DNA of 64,000 nucleotides from Bugula neritina. Taxonomy: Eukaryota; Animalia; Bryozoa. The DNA is taken from the NCBI GenBank assembly GCA_964035545.1, contig OZ037768.1, positions 4,682,741 through 4,746,740 of the forward strand, read 5' to 3'. Under the pieces are notes generated by a model, which saw only the letters and a list, made by a program, of their open reading frames with translations, ran no database searches and had not been told where the DNA came from. The position numbers and the translations under genes are program-made. Shown here one piece after another: positions 49,801-63,976 of this stretch (positions are counted from its first letter, which is position 1; the number at the start of each line of letters is the position of its first letter).

Positions 49801-52800
49801 GTTGTCTTCACTCTATTTTAAAGTAAACCTACTGATAGTTGTCTCCACAACATGTTATAGATATACTTACTGCATATATATGGTAGTTGTCTCCACAACA
49901 TGTTATAAGTATACATACTGCATATATATATGGTAGTTGTCTCCACAACATGTTATAGATATACTTACTGCATATATATGGCAGTTGTCTCCACAACATG
50001 TTATAGATATACTTACTGCATATATATGGTAGTTGTCTCCACAACATATTATAGGTATCAAACATAATATTACGTTTTTGTTAGATTTGTTAGTTTGTTA
50101 CAGTAACAATAAATAATGATAATAGCAACAACAATAATTACAAACAACAACAAGAACAATAATTTAACACCTGCTGAAATTTTCAAATAAAACAGTCTAA
50201 GTCTCTAAGACATGAGGCCGCATTATTAAAATAAGTAATCATTCTCACATTTCTGCATTTCTATAAGTTTTTTTTTATTCACCAGTTCCAGCCGGAGATA
50301 TAGAAAAGACGATCTTTCCCTACAACAAAGATTTAGAATTGTTAGTCGCCCCACCCTCTGACGAGAGTGGAGGAAACCCATACTATGAGATAGCTGACAT
50401 ATACATTCCGGTGGACAGGGTCAATTTTGACGATGCAGAGGTGGTCAACATAACCAGAGGCTCCAAAGCTGGGTTGTTACTCAATGAACTGGTGGCAGAT
50501 CCACTAGAGGTGTGACATAGTTAACATAAAGTTCATATGCAGTTCATATTATAGAAACTTTGTGTGTCTAGGGAAAGATAACTTGAGTCTTCCTCAGCTC
50601 AATAGACTATGATTTTAGCAGTTCTCGCCACCTCCCTGTAATTTTCAAAATAAATGCAACTCTTAAATTATTTAATGAATCTGGCCTAAATTGCTACTAT
50701 TGATGTTACTGTAGGTGTTAATGCTACTGTAGCTGATGTTATTGTTGTTACTGTAATTATAATGTGTTTTAGCTTTCTGAGACGCTAGACGAAGGTGTGT
50801 CTGATTTAAGGCAAACTGACGAAGTGTCTTTCTCATTCTGGATTTATCCAGATATTGAGACGAGTCATCCAAATGGGATGATATTGGAAGCAGTCAGTTG
50901 GGACATTCAATTGACAGAAGGGAACATCACTTTCACAGGTAGCTTTGGACTTGAAGTTGTTTTTCCAAAATGTATTTAACAGCTAAATTGTATCCTAGAT
51001 GAGTGCGTTTATGTATAGTATAGCATATCTTGTAATATAAGGTGGTATAGTATATATTATAATATAACGTGGTATAGCATATCTTGTAATATAACGTGGT
51101 ATAGCATATCTTATAATATAATGTGGTATAGCATATCTTGTAATATAATGTGGTATAGCATATCTTGTAATATAATGTGGTATAGCATATCTTATAGTGT
51201 AATGTAGTATAGCATATCTTATAATATAATGTGGTATAGCATATCTTATAATATAATGTGGTATAGCATATCTTACAATGTAATGTGGTATAGCATATCT
51301 TACAATTTTAGGTCAATACAGCATAGATGGAGTCATCAAGCAAGAGACGTACAGTGTTGCAGTTTCACTTGGTATTTGGAGCAATTTTGGCTTTACATTC
51401 GGAAAATCCACCGGTTTTGACATCTATGTTAATGGAATTAAAAGGAGCGCAGATGCTGAGTACACAGAAGGGGTGAGTAGTCCACTGCTAGTGAAGCTAC
51501 TTTAGATACATAAGTGTTTGTTGATTATTTTGTCAATTTTATTTTTTATAGTATTTATATTTCAACACAAGCTTATGTCACATTAGTTTATTTTAGCTTA
51601 CAGATGAAACTTTACTTTAAATACAATGTACAGGGAATATTAACAAATACTTATTAAAATATTTTAAATGCAACTTTTTAATTTAATATATAGACGGGTT
51701 CAGACCCTGGTAGCCCTGTGGATGATGTCATAAAGCTGAGAAGGTGGGGTGGTGCAAACAACGTGACCGTAAATGACCTGGTGATTTGGAAGAGATATCT
51801 GTATTCATTTGAGTCATACAGGTTTCTGGGAATGAGCCGTGAGTCATCATTTAATTTTATTTTCATATTTTTTTTGTAATTATTAGCTAATTGTGTTGGG
51901 AATATTAATAATATACATGTATACATCTTTGTGTAGCAGCTATTTTAATGTTGCAAACTGTACAATGTTGTTTGATAAATAAATAGTGGCAGGGTTTAAA
52001 TAGGTTTTATTTTATATAAATTTATGTATATGTGATATATATGTAGTGTTTACTATATTTGTAATTTGCATAATATAATATGTTATAGTATAGTATGTAA
52101 TATATATGTACGTAGTACATAGTATATATACATGTGTATACATACATGATACATGTGTATATACATATGTATATACATGTGTATACATACATGATACATG
52201 TGTATATACATGTGTATATATACATATATTATGTAATGTTACTGCAGCATCCGAAGCTTACCTGGACAGTCACGCTGACTTCTACTGGAGCACTGACTAC
52301 TACACGACTACTGATAAGGCTGCCATGAACACCAGCTTACCAATCTACAAGACAGCAGCCAGTACTGTTCAATCAGTCGCCGTTGCTGGTGGTGAGATTC
52401 CGGTAAGTTCTGTGTAGGTGTTTGTTGACAGCGGCCATTGTTATTATCGACAAAATTTTCTGTCTTTTGCATATTATGTTAGGCCTTCCTTTATACATTG
52501 CATTTATTTCATAAATTGATTAAAACAATTTTTGTTAAACTTTTTTATTCAACAGTTTTATTTTGTTTAAAATAATATGATGATGGGCTTTGTATTCTAC
52601 AAATCTGTATGATATGCATACACATGCTAAACTAATATATAATCTAGTATAATATAGTATAGTATAATATAAAGACTTTATGGTGAAGTTGCTATAATAG
52701 TGAAACGCTGTAACTTATCACGGATATAGTAAGTTAAATATGAATAAATTACAGCAAGTTTCAAATGTCTCCAGAATTCAGATCTAACCATTGCTTATCT

Positions 52801-55800
52801 TTGCTCAGGGTCAAACTAACAAAGGTCAAGCTATGAAGGTGACAGATGACAATGGTTGGCTCATGTTAGCCCTGGAACCTTTCTCCGGCTCCACACATGC
52901 ATATACTGGCTCAGAGTTTGCGGGCACTTGCCTGAGTGACCCTAGCAAGTGTGAACATGGACTAACCGTTGCTCTCTGGCTAAAACTATGTAAGTTAGCC
53001 TTTAATTGATGTTTGTACTGTAGCTAGTAATAGTAATGGTGGTAATAGTAATAATAACTAATAATAGCACTTTATTTCAATCATTCATGCACAGCTAATC
53101 AGTATAATTAGGTAGAAATTGTCTGCCCTTCTGTCCAACCCATAAGCTATCATATTTTCACTTTACTTTAGTAATAAATTTAACACAGATGTGTGACTTT
53201 AGTTTGTATATACATGTAATTAGTATTCCCAATTGAATGATTTTCAGCAACAATCCCAACAAATGACAACATCTACTACATCCTGACATCTGGTGAGGAG
53301 GACTCCATGTCCCGAGGGTTCAGTATCAACCTCTACCAGCAGGACCTCTGTGTGGCTCTGGTGGATGGTGAGAAGTACTGGAAGGTCTGCATGGCCAGCG
53401 ACAAATACTCTGCAGGTGAGAGCAAGCAGCTACTTCAGAGTCTCTATAAGAGACAGAAATGTCTAATTCCTTTGTATTCTTTACTTTAATTTGCAACGGA
53501 AATGATGTTAAAGTCTGCGAGGTGGTGTGTTTTGAACGTATTGTAAAATAAGTTATTTAGTAAACACTGCACAGCCTCAAGATTCTGGTTAACATGAGAA
53601 TCTTTTACTCGCCTGTAGATGGTTGGATGCATTTTGCTTTTACCTGGAAGTCAGATGAAGGATTGTGGGTATTTCTGGACGGTGACCTAGTAGCTGCTAA
53701 CAAGGAAGGAGTGAAACATTCTAGACCGACTGATAGATACAACAGGATCACACTTGGTCGTAACAACGCTAACAATGTTTTCGGAGGTTTCCTCAGCTTC
53801 TACTTCCAAGAAGTGGCCGTCTACCTGCATTTTAGTGTAACCTATAGGATTAGAGAGTTGTTTGCTCTTAGTGGTAAATAGTTTATAATTACTTATAGAT
53901 AATGTTTACGGTGTAAATTGTTTACAGTAGCAAATACCATGGATTCTGCTGAATGAATTTAAAAGCATTGTTGGGGGAAATAGTGATTTACATTTGGCTG
54001 TGCCTTGGTGTGAAGTTAAATTTACTCTCTTATTATAGCCAACTACCACTACAGCCGAGCCGACTACTACTATAGCAAAGAATCTTTGGTCACCAGCTCT
54101 CTGTCTAGCCTCCAATCTGCTTCGGGTCAAACCCCTTTTGTTGGTCCACACGGTAGGCCGCTTGAATTATATAACGATTCAACATTTCAAAGAAAAAATT
54201 ATTTATTAGTAAATTTTGCAACAGCTTTTGATCAAAATTATTGGCCTGTACAATTTGTAGGCAAAGTTGATGCTGAAAATAAGACAATTGCACTCGGGGA
54301 AGGTGCAAGGCTAGTGCTAGAGCACTTTGACTCTGCCAACACCTGCGTCATGATTCCTTCTGAATGCTCATCGGGTCTGACTGTCGCAGCGTGGGCTCGG
54401 AACAATCTGTTTCTGGAGGAAGGAGATTCGCCAATCTTCATTGTGTCGTACGTTATAACTTGTAGTCACTTCCGTGATACTTCACTCAACTCCGGCAAAG
54501 GTTGCCAGCTTGTTTAGCAAATTATTCTTTACTGATTGATTTCATTGCTTCATGTTTCTATCAACAGGCAGCTTGAGATGAAATAAGAATTATATTGCCT
54601 ACCGTGTTAGCTGTTGCTACTTTAAACATGTTTAGTTAGAAAACGGCTGTTTGTGATTTGTTTTAGCACAATAATATGTCCTGGTAATAAATCACGCTAC
54701 TCTACGTATATATCTGTTTTCTTTAGATCTCATGCTAAACCTGAAAAAGTAATTAATGGGTCTGCTGAAGGTTGGACAATATACTACACTGAGAAGACCT
54801 TCATGGTCACCTTAGTCAGTGGAACTAAGCAGTACAGCATGACCATCAGTGAGCTTGCAAAGGTAAGAGGAGCTCTATTCATACCTGGTTTATCGGCTCC
54901 TTTTAACAAAAGTTTGACCCTTTTAAATATTTTGTGCTGCAACATGTCAGCTAATTAAATGAAGCCTTGGATCTTTAATAAGTTCTCATGTCTAGCCTTA
55001 GAGAGATTATGTATCCGGTTTGAGTGCAGTGTGATATTGTAAGATTCAACTTGCAGTAATCAAATTTTGAAAGCATTTTTAAGCTAAAACACTTGAACTG
55101 TGAACATAATTGTTTAAAAAATGCTGCATACTGCAAACATTTCTATGCATAACATAATATAGTATTTTATATATATTAAACTGTACTCAATATTGGGCAT
55201 ACTACATATAATATGCAGAAACATCTACAAGTAAGTTTCATTCTATAAGCTCATTGTTATGCCTTTCTTTACACGTTGCTATCCTGTGTGTTTTAGCCCC
55301 TGCTACCTCAGAGATGGACAAACATAGGTTTCACTTGGTCTGAGAGCGTAGGAATGACATTGCTGATGGACGGGCAGGTGGCCAATATCCTCAAAGCTGC
55401 TGACGCTGCCACCGTCAGCCCGGATCCATTTATCGACTCAAGTGATTATTACTTGATGGCCGGTCACGAGGATAATAAGAATAACACGTTCATCGGGTTG
55501 TACAACCTGGTGATATTTGAGAGCTACTACTTTGGCAGCAAAGCCTATGAGCTGACGGGACACACAGGTACACCCTAGTCTAATCTGAACCAATTGAAAA
55601 GTGTGTAGCAACACCACATGAATTGTTTGTATTTAACTTTAATTAATGCTTACTTCTAATAAATGTTTTTTTTCTTTTTAAATGATAAGTTTGTTAAAAC
55701 AAATAGATATAATAATAAACTAAAATTGATTCTATTAATTGTTTACATTCAATAGTATTTTTTATTTATAGCACTTTGAGGATTATGCCAATATTGCTAC

Positions 55801-58800
55801 ATTAATGTAATTTCATTTAATTAAGCTATAAACCAGTATGTTCTCCTGCACAGTTGATGTAATCTCCAAGTATTCAACTGTCGACCTGATGTGGACATTT
55901 GACGGGCCAATCCATGACTTTAACAACAAGTACGATGAAATGGTGCTGAGAATGGAGACGTATGACTCATCGCTGATAGGAGCTGCTCTTCAAGTAACAC
56001 GGGATGGTTTACACAACGCCTCTCTTGGGAATTACAGGTACACCTGCGTGAGGCTGTCTTGTTGAAACCTCCATTAGCTGTAGGGATGAGTTACAGGTTC
56101 ATATTGCAATCAGTTAGAGAATATTTTTTGGCTCATGTCATTATTCTCTCAGTACTTTATGCTACAATCTTTTGTTTTTAATAATTTTGTTGCTAAAGGG
56201 GGTTTTCAAGGAGAATTTTCATAAAATTTATTCAGTTAGAAATACATATTTTGTCATTGTCTGCACTTTGGTCTTGAAGAGAAAGCAACTCCTGATAAAC
56301 TTTAAAACTAAAATTAAACGCAAGTTGTCTGCTAAAATTGCAATGTTTATTATACACTGCTAATTCTTGTAACTTGCTTTGCAGTTCTGAGTGTGTGACA
56401 CAGCCAAGCTCATGTAAAGCCGGTTTTCAACTGTCTCTACAACTGAAGCTGTCGTACTACACCCCTGGTGAAGCCGGGGACGATATTGGCAGCATTCTAA
56501 TGCTGGGGTCACCTGATGCCAGTATGTATTATTAGATGTGACACAGTTGCAAAAATGGGTATACTAGTCAGTTTTACCTGACTGATGCAATAGTAATACA
56601 AATCAATTTTTAGAGCTTCATAAATTATGTTATAACAAGTTAAGTATGTGTTTGTGTCTAGTGTTTGACAGTACAATACATCTGCAATTCTATAAAATGT
56701 CTGCCAACAGATTTCGAAGGTGTTGCCGTGCAGCAGCTAATTGAGGATGGTGAAGATAAGATCGTAGCCCTAGTGGTGAACGACAAGTACACATGGCGAA
56801 GGGCCGTAACAGCAGTCATTGGCGAGTGGTTCGATCTTGTGATTGGCTGGAACATACAGGATGGCATCGCTATGAAAATTAACAACAAAAAAGTTTCTGG
56901 ATCGGTAAGACATCTAGTTTTTACTTTTGGCTTAGCGTTTGCTGTGAGTATACAGTGCAGTTAGACTTGTAGAGAGATTAAAGCAATCAATGCTTTTACT
57001 TAGAATTTCATGTTTTAACTTTATAGTAAATAATGAGCAGCTCATTTTAGCTCTCTCACAAATACGTAGTAGTGATATTAAAATTTTTCTAACAAAAACC
57101 ACAAACTCAAGTAACGCAGTTTAAAAATGTATAAAATAAGATCTGTAAAAGCGAATGTTTCTTGTTATGTTTTAGCAAACAAAGACGCTGTTGCCCATTG
57201 GAAGCTCTAAGCTGGTTACTAACCATCTGATAATGGGAGTGGGAACTGGTGGTGGTACAAACCAAGGGGTAGATGCTGTGTACAATGATATCTCTTTGAC
57301 ATACAACAGTAAAGTCACTGTTGAGCAAGAAGGTTCGAATCCTTTTTATTGTTCTCTTTGCAGTTATAAATTTTCTATCATTAAAAGCAAAGTCTCAAAA
57401 ATTTGCTAAAAACAGTTTTTATTCAAATTCTTTTTAAAAATATGTTTGCAAAGACTCATGTGATCATTAGAATAAATTTAGTGTATTTTTGTAACATTGA
57501 TAATATAATTATTGTAATCTGCAGGTCGTTGCTATGATACAGCCTCTTTGTATTATCGGCTAAATAAGGGGCAGATCTTCACAATGGAGAATGAGCAATA
57601 TGTCAAAGATCGAGAGAGCATCTCTGAAAGTGCTTTCAAGTTGGCTGGAGACGGTTACGTAGAGTTGGACTACTTCGTAGATCATTGTTTTTCTGATCCC
57701 TCAAGATGTAGCAATGGGCTTTCTGTATCCCTTTACGTCAAGCTGCTAGCTAGTACAAGTGAAACCCAAACCCTCCTTAGGTAAACTCTATTAGTTCTTA
57801 TTATATAATATGCTTACTGGAAGGTCTTCAGCGATGCATGACATGTTAAACAAAATCAATCAGTTTTATCAAGTAAAATATATGACTAATAGTAAACGTT
57901 TGCATTGGAAATCTTTAATTATAAGCAGCTTCTTGTTTGTTGCTTGCTGGATCATATTTATATTCCACATTGCATTGTAGAATTGTTTATCAGTGAATAT
58001 GTAACTAGTCTATATGGTTTACTCTGTAGCTCTGGAGCAGTCATAGACTCAGGGTATTCTATTACTGTCAAGTCTGCGTCTGCTGGAGATGATGAAGAGC
58101 CCAAGGCTGAGGTGAAGGTTGTTGTATCCAACGGAGACAATCAGTGGGAAGTCGTTGGAGATATTTTATTAAATACGTGGACAAATATAGGTTTCACTTG
58201 GAACAACAGCGACTTAGGACTTTCTCTATTTATTGATGGAGTACACATGGGTCAGTATGTGAATGCCTAGAAGACAATTTTATGTGTATAGATACTAAAT
58301 AGCTTCTAGCTTAGAAAGTTGTAATTTTTCACAAGCTTATTGCTCTTTTACTATTTTAATCTTTGAGCATATTGTTTGAAAGCACTTAGTTTTTCTAGTT
58401 TTTTAAATTGAGTTGTTAAAATTAAAATGAATGGTCTCGTATTTTTTTAGTTACGGATACACAATCATCAAATTCAAAGTCCGACACTCAGAGATTTAAC
58501 TTAGTCATTGGCCGAGGTAACTCTGATGATGCCGAGGATTTCTCTAATGCTGAGTTCGACGACATCGGCGTTTGGGATTCAGATTTGAGAGCAAAACAAG
58601 TGACGGAGCCAGAAGACGATGAGCCACTCTATGAAGTCGTTGGAATAATACTGCAGGGCAAGCTGTGCAATACAGAAGATGAACTCTGTAAGTTGCAAAC
58701 TGTTGATTTTAAATAGTTAGCAATACAAGCTGTAAACACCTAGCAATAAACCTTGTAGTGTTTCATATAGGAAACTGCAATATTTCTATGTCCTATAGTT

Positions 58801-61800
58801 AGCATAATCAACTGACTTGCAACGTTATTATTGATTTATAAAATGCACAAATATAAATGCTTAATAATTGAAACACTTTGAATGTTTCTTAAAGCTGATA
58901 GAATTCTATTCACTTAAATATTTGCAGTGGTTGAAGCTGAGGAGCCCCAGGTTGTGGAGACAACTCTAGATATCATATCACTGGTTACACTTCAGCCTCC
59001 CAACTGCCAGTTCTATGACGAATTCACTAGTTACTGCGCTAAAAGCTTTGAAGAGTTTCATGCTGATCTAACAAATGCCAACGCCAATGAAACCTTCAAA
59101 TTTAAACTTAATAAAATTCCAAGTATTTTGCAAGAGGTATAAATATGCGATGATTATAGCGTTTCACATTGAATGCTCTGATGATTTTATTTTCTATCGA
59201 GTGTCTAAAAACAGGGTAAATGACCCAATTAGAATTATGTAGAAATAAATATATTTAAATATACTGCATTTTTCAACACATTGAAATTGTATTTGTATTT
59301 ATATTATTATGATTAGATTTTAGATATATTATCCAAGTACTGTATGTTTAAAACAAGTTCATATTTGCTACAAAAGCTGGAGATGTTATTATATACTGCA
59401 TGTGTGTTTCACAGATAAGTAATGAAGTTGCACATCATATGCCAAACACCTCTAACTCAGAAGATGACTTGCAGCAGCAACTGGAGTTGTTTGAGTCTGT
59501 AAAATACTTTGAAGTTGATGATGTAATAGACCCCAGAGAGGCCGATTTGGCTATGCAGGTAGACAGCCTAGTGTTTTAAAGCTCCCCATATCCTTGTGTT
59601 ATTAAGGTTGACTTGTATATTCTTATCAACACAGTACATTATGGGAAAGCAAAAAAGTATCAGTGAGGTATCAGTGAGGTATCAGTTAGACTAAGGCATG
59701 CTAGGGAGTGTTTTTATCCTTGAAAGTTTTAAGTGCAGAAAACCTTAAGTATTTGCTATTTTTCAGGTTTTTATTATAATGCAATAAAATTACTTTGAAA
59801 CAAAACTTTCACCTTTTCATTACCAACATGAGATTTGTCTTTGTGTGAACCGGTCTAAAAGTAATATCAACTTGAGAAGGTTTTTAGTTCTAAGTTCAGT
59901 ACCAACTTCTTTGAAACACGGTTATACATGTTGTATTTTTAGCATCTAGTAAACGTAGTAGATGACTTGTTGGACGCGGATACATGGAAAGACGCTTGGG
60001 ATACGATAGATGACAACTCCACTCGTGGACCAGTCGCCCTCATGACTGATCTCGAAGAGCTTGCAATGAAAATCACTAAAAATCTGTACATTGGCTTAGA
60101 CAAAGAAGATGATTGTTCAAACTTCAAGAGTGGCGCAGAAAACTTGTGTATGTAACACATGTATTCATCTATTTATAGCAAAAAGTATTTTATTCTAGAG
60201 ACCGAAAAGAACTAGCGCAAACTTATAGTCACCATCCCTGATGAAACAGTTTTTTTTAAGTATGCTAAGGACTGATTCATATGTGGCACAGGAGCAATTG
60301 TGACTGAGTGTTCTTCCTAACATAGCCAATGGCCTTTACTAGTGATTGAACCCATGACCTTGTGTTTACTAAGCCAAACGCTCTAACCCCTAGACTACAG
60401 CTGCTCCCTCAATTTAAAGATTGAGTCTAAATAAAAAGAATAAATCTGAAATTGCGCATCAGCTATTTATAGCCTATTTGACTATCATACTTTCTTGCTA
60501 CTAATACATGAAACTGAAAGTCCGTCTGTTTGCTGATTGTATATTCAACTGGTTGCAGTGATGTCCTGCCAGAAGAGACGTTTAAAGTTGTGCGACAGCG
60601 AGTTCATTTTCCCAGAGTATGATAAACTAAGCGCTGACCCATCTCTAAACAGTACACTAGATAAATGGAAAAGGCCGACTGACAATGTTTATATGCCAGC
60701 TAGTCTCTTCCCTAAACATGAATATCCGGATGACGCAGTGAGTATTTGAGTTAATAAGCACAGTGTGTGAACCACATAGTATACATAGTAGACATGTAGC
60801 ACAGGTGCATGTATTATAATATATAGTAATACTAATAGTATTAGGATATAAACTTATATATGCTTTATCAACAATAATTTGAATTGGAAATTTGCAAGAA
60901 ATTTAAATGCAATAGAAAACTATTTTTTGCATGCATTTTTTAAACTTTGAAATTCTTAGGAGAACAGAAGAGTTTTTTTAAATACTTTGCTTACATTTAT
61001 AAAAAAATAACTAGTGTTAAATTTTAAATAAAGTGATTAATTTCTAGTTGTTGTGTTACAGGTTGTGTCGGTAGCTGTGTTTCTATACGAGGAGGCCTCC
61101 TCCATTATCCCCAACAGGTTGGATGTGTCAACATTCATAAACTTAGAGGCTACAACTTCCGCAGACAACCCAGAAGCGGCGGTAGACCCTGACAAGGTGG
61201 CGCTGTCGACTGTGAACAGTAGAGTTATGTCAATCTTGGTAGATCCGCAGGTGCCAGCCCCTCTAGACGAGTGCATTGTAATCACTCTGGAGCACAAGCA
61301 AACCAACAAAGGTACCGTTTGTCATTTAAAATTAAATCTTTAACATCAAAAGCTGTTTTTTTGAAATATCACAATAAAATCCATAATTTTGAAAACTGTT
61401 ATAAGCGTTCATGGAATCCGTAAATACTGACTTGAGGCAATTAAACACCTAATTTATTGTAAAAAAATTATTTTTAACAAGACATACTTACTTACTTATG
61501 CCATCTCATAGATACCTCAACATATTACATAAATATGCTGTACATGTTGGCTACTTGCAGACAACAAGAGAACTTCCTACTGTGCATTCTGGGACTTCAA
61601 GCTAGCTGGAATGTTAGGAGGTGGGTGGTCTTCAGATGGCTGTGAGGTTGCTGAAACCAACGAGACACACACCGTCTGCTGCTGCTATCACATGACCAGC
61701 TTTGCTATCATGATGGAGCCAGAAGAAGAAGAAGTACACGACTCTCTTCCACAGACCATCTCCATGATTATGTACGTCTGCAACGGTCTCTCCATCGTCT

Positions 61801-63976
61801 CCCTGCTGCTGCTTTGTCTGATCATTCTCTGCTGCAAGTAAGTCTATTTATACTTGTCTGGAGTGGCTTTGGAAGTGTAAAACTTCTTTGTCATGGCAAA
61901 TAGAAAAAGTTTAACATATATTAATGGGCTTAGTTGGCATTGTAGCTTCCAAATAAGGGCTGCACTATTTTCAGTCACTGATAAGAAACAAGTAATGTTA
62001 TTTATAGTGAATATCTTGTATGGCACTAAGCTACTTGAACTGAACATAAGTTATTTAAATACAAAACTTTTAATTTTCTGCATAATAACTTTCTCTATAA
62101 AATCTCAACTAGTATCAGTTTTCCACGGCCTGGCTTACTTATTATATTTTGATGCACAAGTTGTATAACTTAATTGAAACTCTAAGCTAAAAGTGTTGTC
62201 GTTTGTTAACTGATGTTACTTGTACGCAGGGCATTGAGGAGTGAGCGATACATGGTGCACCTTAATCTCAGTATAGCCATGATATTTGCTCACGGTTCGT
62301 ATCTTCTTGTTGACTTTGCCGAAGAAACATCAGTCATGTGTAAAGTTGCTGCCATCGCACAGCACTACTTCTTTGTGGTGTCCTATGCTTGGGTGCTGAT
62401 GGAAGCCCTGTGGCTCTTCTATGCTGTAACCAACGGAACTCTCATGGGGAAAATGAAGTATTATGTTTTCTTTGGATGGGGTGAGTTATGAGTCAAAATA
62501 TAGCAGTTGTCAAAACAAAAACTCGAAAGTGACAAGAAAGTTAAAACGTATTTCGCAAGTGACAGCAAAGCTAAAACAAAAGTTTCAAAACTAACATCAT
62601 AATATTTTACAAGTTGTGTATTAAAGTTGAAAGAAATGTATGTGTTATGTTACAGTTGTGCCAGCTGGAATCGTCATCTTGTGTGTCAGCATGTACCTGA
62701 ATAAGTATGGACTGAATGAGAAGTGCTGGCTGACGTATAATGACTACCTGATTCTTGCCATGCTGGTTCCCATTCTCTTCTGCTTGTTTGTAAGTCTGTA
62801 AAATCAACAATATATTATAGCAATGTATTATGATAGTATAGTATAGCAATGTATTATAGCAATGTATTATGATAGTATAGTGCAGTATAGTATAGTATAG
62901 CAGTAGCATTATATAACAAAGTATGACAAAATACTTAAATTTGCTTCCACTCTTTTAGATGTGTATTATGCCTGTTTGAAATTAATTAAAGTTAAAAATT
63001 TCTAGAATTGACATAGTTTTAGGCCGATCTACTGTTGAAAAATAGTTGACCATTTGTGATGAATATTTTAGTTGAATGCGTCTGCACTGTTGATAATAGT
63101 CTGCAACCTGCCTCAACCCACACTGAAGAGAGAAGATATTCTATCTGAAGTCCGGTGGGCGGTGTTCTTTGCCATGCTACTAGTGCCAGTTCTCTTCTTT
63201 ATATGGCTACTGGCTCTCATGGATGTGCTGAAAATAAAGACCTCTGATATTGTAATGCTGGTCTACACAGCCATCTTCTCACTGCAGGTCAGATTTTTAA
63301 TACTAAGCATGGTTAAAGAGGAGTATTATTGTCTTCTTGACTCTGATAAATGACTTGTCCAATAAAGTTCTCTAAGGTCAATACGTCAAGTTTTCTTATC
63401 TAAAATAGACATATCTAAGCCCACCACACGAGCTCTAAGGCAGTGTATATGATTATTTTAATTTCAAACTGTTACTCAATATATTTGCAGGGTTTCCTGA
63501 TGTTCCTAGTATACGGGGTGGGTCAGAGATCAGTCCGTATGGCAGTTATGAGACGCAAGTACCAGCCTGAATATCCTTCCTCGGCACTTCTTAGTCACAG
63601 TGAGTTGCATGTCTAGTGCAGAGTCGCCTTCCCTCTTCTAGACTTTATTGCCAACTAGAACTTTCTATTGAGACATGCATTATTTTAATTCATAACCAGT
63701 TGGAATTAATTATTTCAGCATGTAACCTGCCATCAATGTAATAGAACTTGTATTTAGTAATTATGAGTTGTCTACTTTGTATAGGAGGCAATAGTCCTGC
63801 CAGTAGTACGGATATTAGTCGAGCTGACTCGGCCTATGTGGAGGTGAAACCACAGCCAATGTCAAGGCCAACTTCTAGGTCTTCTAAGGAAAAGTCTGAC
63901 AACTCCTCAGATCGTACACAGACTCCAGTTACCAGCTTACACAATCGTCCTTCCTCAGCTGAATCTGAACGAGGGT
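46827..63976 (+). CDS. Adhesion GPCR (ADGRD/GPR133-like) with six tandem pentraxin/LamG-type domains, GAIN/GPS and 7TM; >2150 aa; 5' start uncertain, 3' end beyond window
   Basis: 36 GT-AG exons in continuous frame: 46827-46962, 47299-47392, 47495-47630, 48483-48494, 48877-49049, 49503-49716, 50286-50509, 50773-50938, 51312-51472, 51694-51838, 52248-52402, 52809-52989, 53248-53415, 53619-53873, 54039-54152, 54261-54447, 54727-54862, 55297-55567, 55854-56037, 56385-56521, 56711-56904, 57176-57332, 57525-57780, 58030-58250, 58451-58687, 58928-59137, 59415-59558, 59943-60147, 60559-60737, 61062-61311, 61561-61837, 62230-62480, 62656-62789, 63072-63287, 63491-63599, 63785-63976. GPS CAFWDF..GGWSSDGC..HTVCCCYHMTSFAIMM; family-B TM motifs RYMVHLNLSIA, CKVAAIAQHYFF..WVLMEA, YVFFGWVVP, CWL, SLQGFLMFLVY. 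Confidence 0.92.
49836..50056. repeat. ~48-bp minisatellite, ~4.5 copies (intronic)
   Basis: Unit TAGTTGTCTCCACAACATGTTATAGATATACTTACTGCATATATATGG starting at 49836, 49884, 49934, 49982, 50030. Confidence 0.93.
51018..51306. repeat. 27-bp minisatellite, ~10 copies, running up to a splice acceptor
   Basis: Unit AATATAATGTGGTATAGCATATCTTRT; ends a few bases before the AG at 51310-51311. Confidence 0.93.
52105..52228. repeat. Low-complexity TACATG/TGTATA repeat (intronic)
   Basis: ATACATGTGTATACATACATG-type units just upstream of the acceptor at 52247. Confidence 0.8.
60220..60406 (-). mobile_element. tRNA-derived SINE, copy 3 (intronic, internally deleted)
   Basis: TTATAGTCACCATCCCTG..GGCACAGGAGCAATT..CTTCCTAACATAGCCAATGGCCTTT..TTGAACCC.TGACCTTG..CTCTAACC..TAGAC is the reverse complement of copy 1. 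Confidence 0.75.

Noticed and set aside
49736-51420. 48-bp and 27-bp arrays as CRISPR-like loci or repeat proteins
   Set aside because: Head-to-tail units with no unique spacers, intronic, eukaryotic context, no cas genes.
52022-52328. Tyr/Ile/His/Cys-rich short ORFs
   Set aside because: Translations of the TACATG/TGTATA low-complexity intron repeat.
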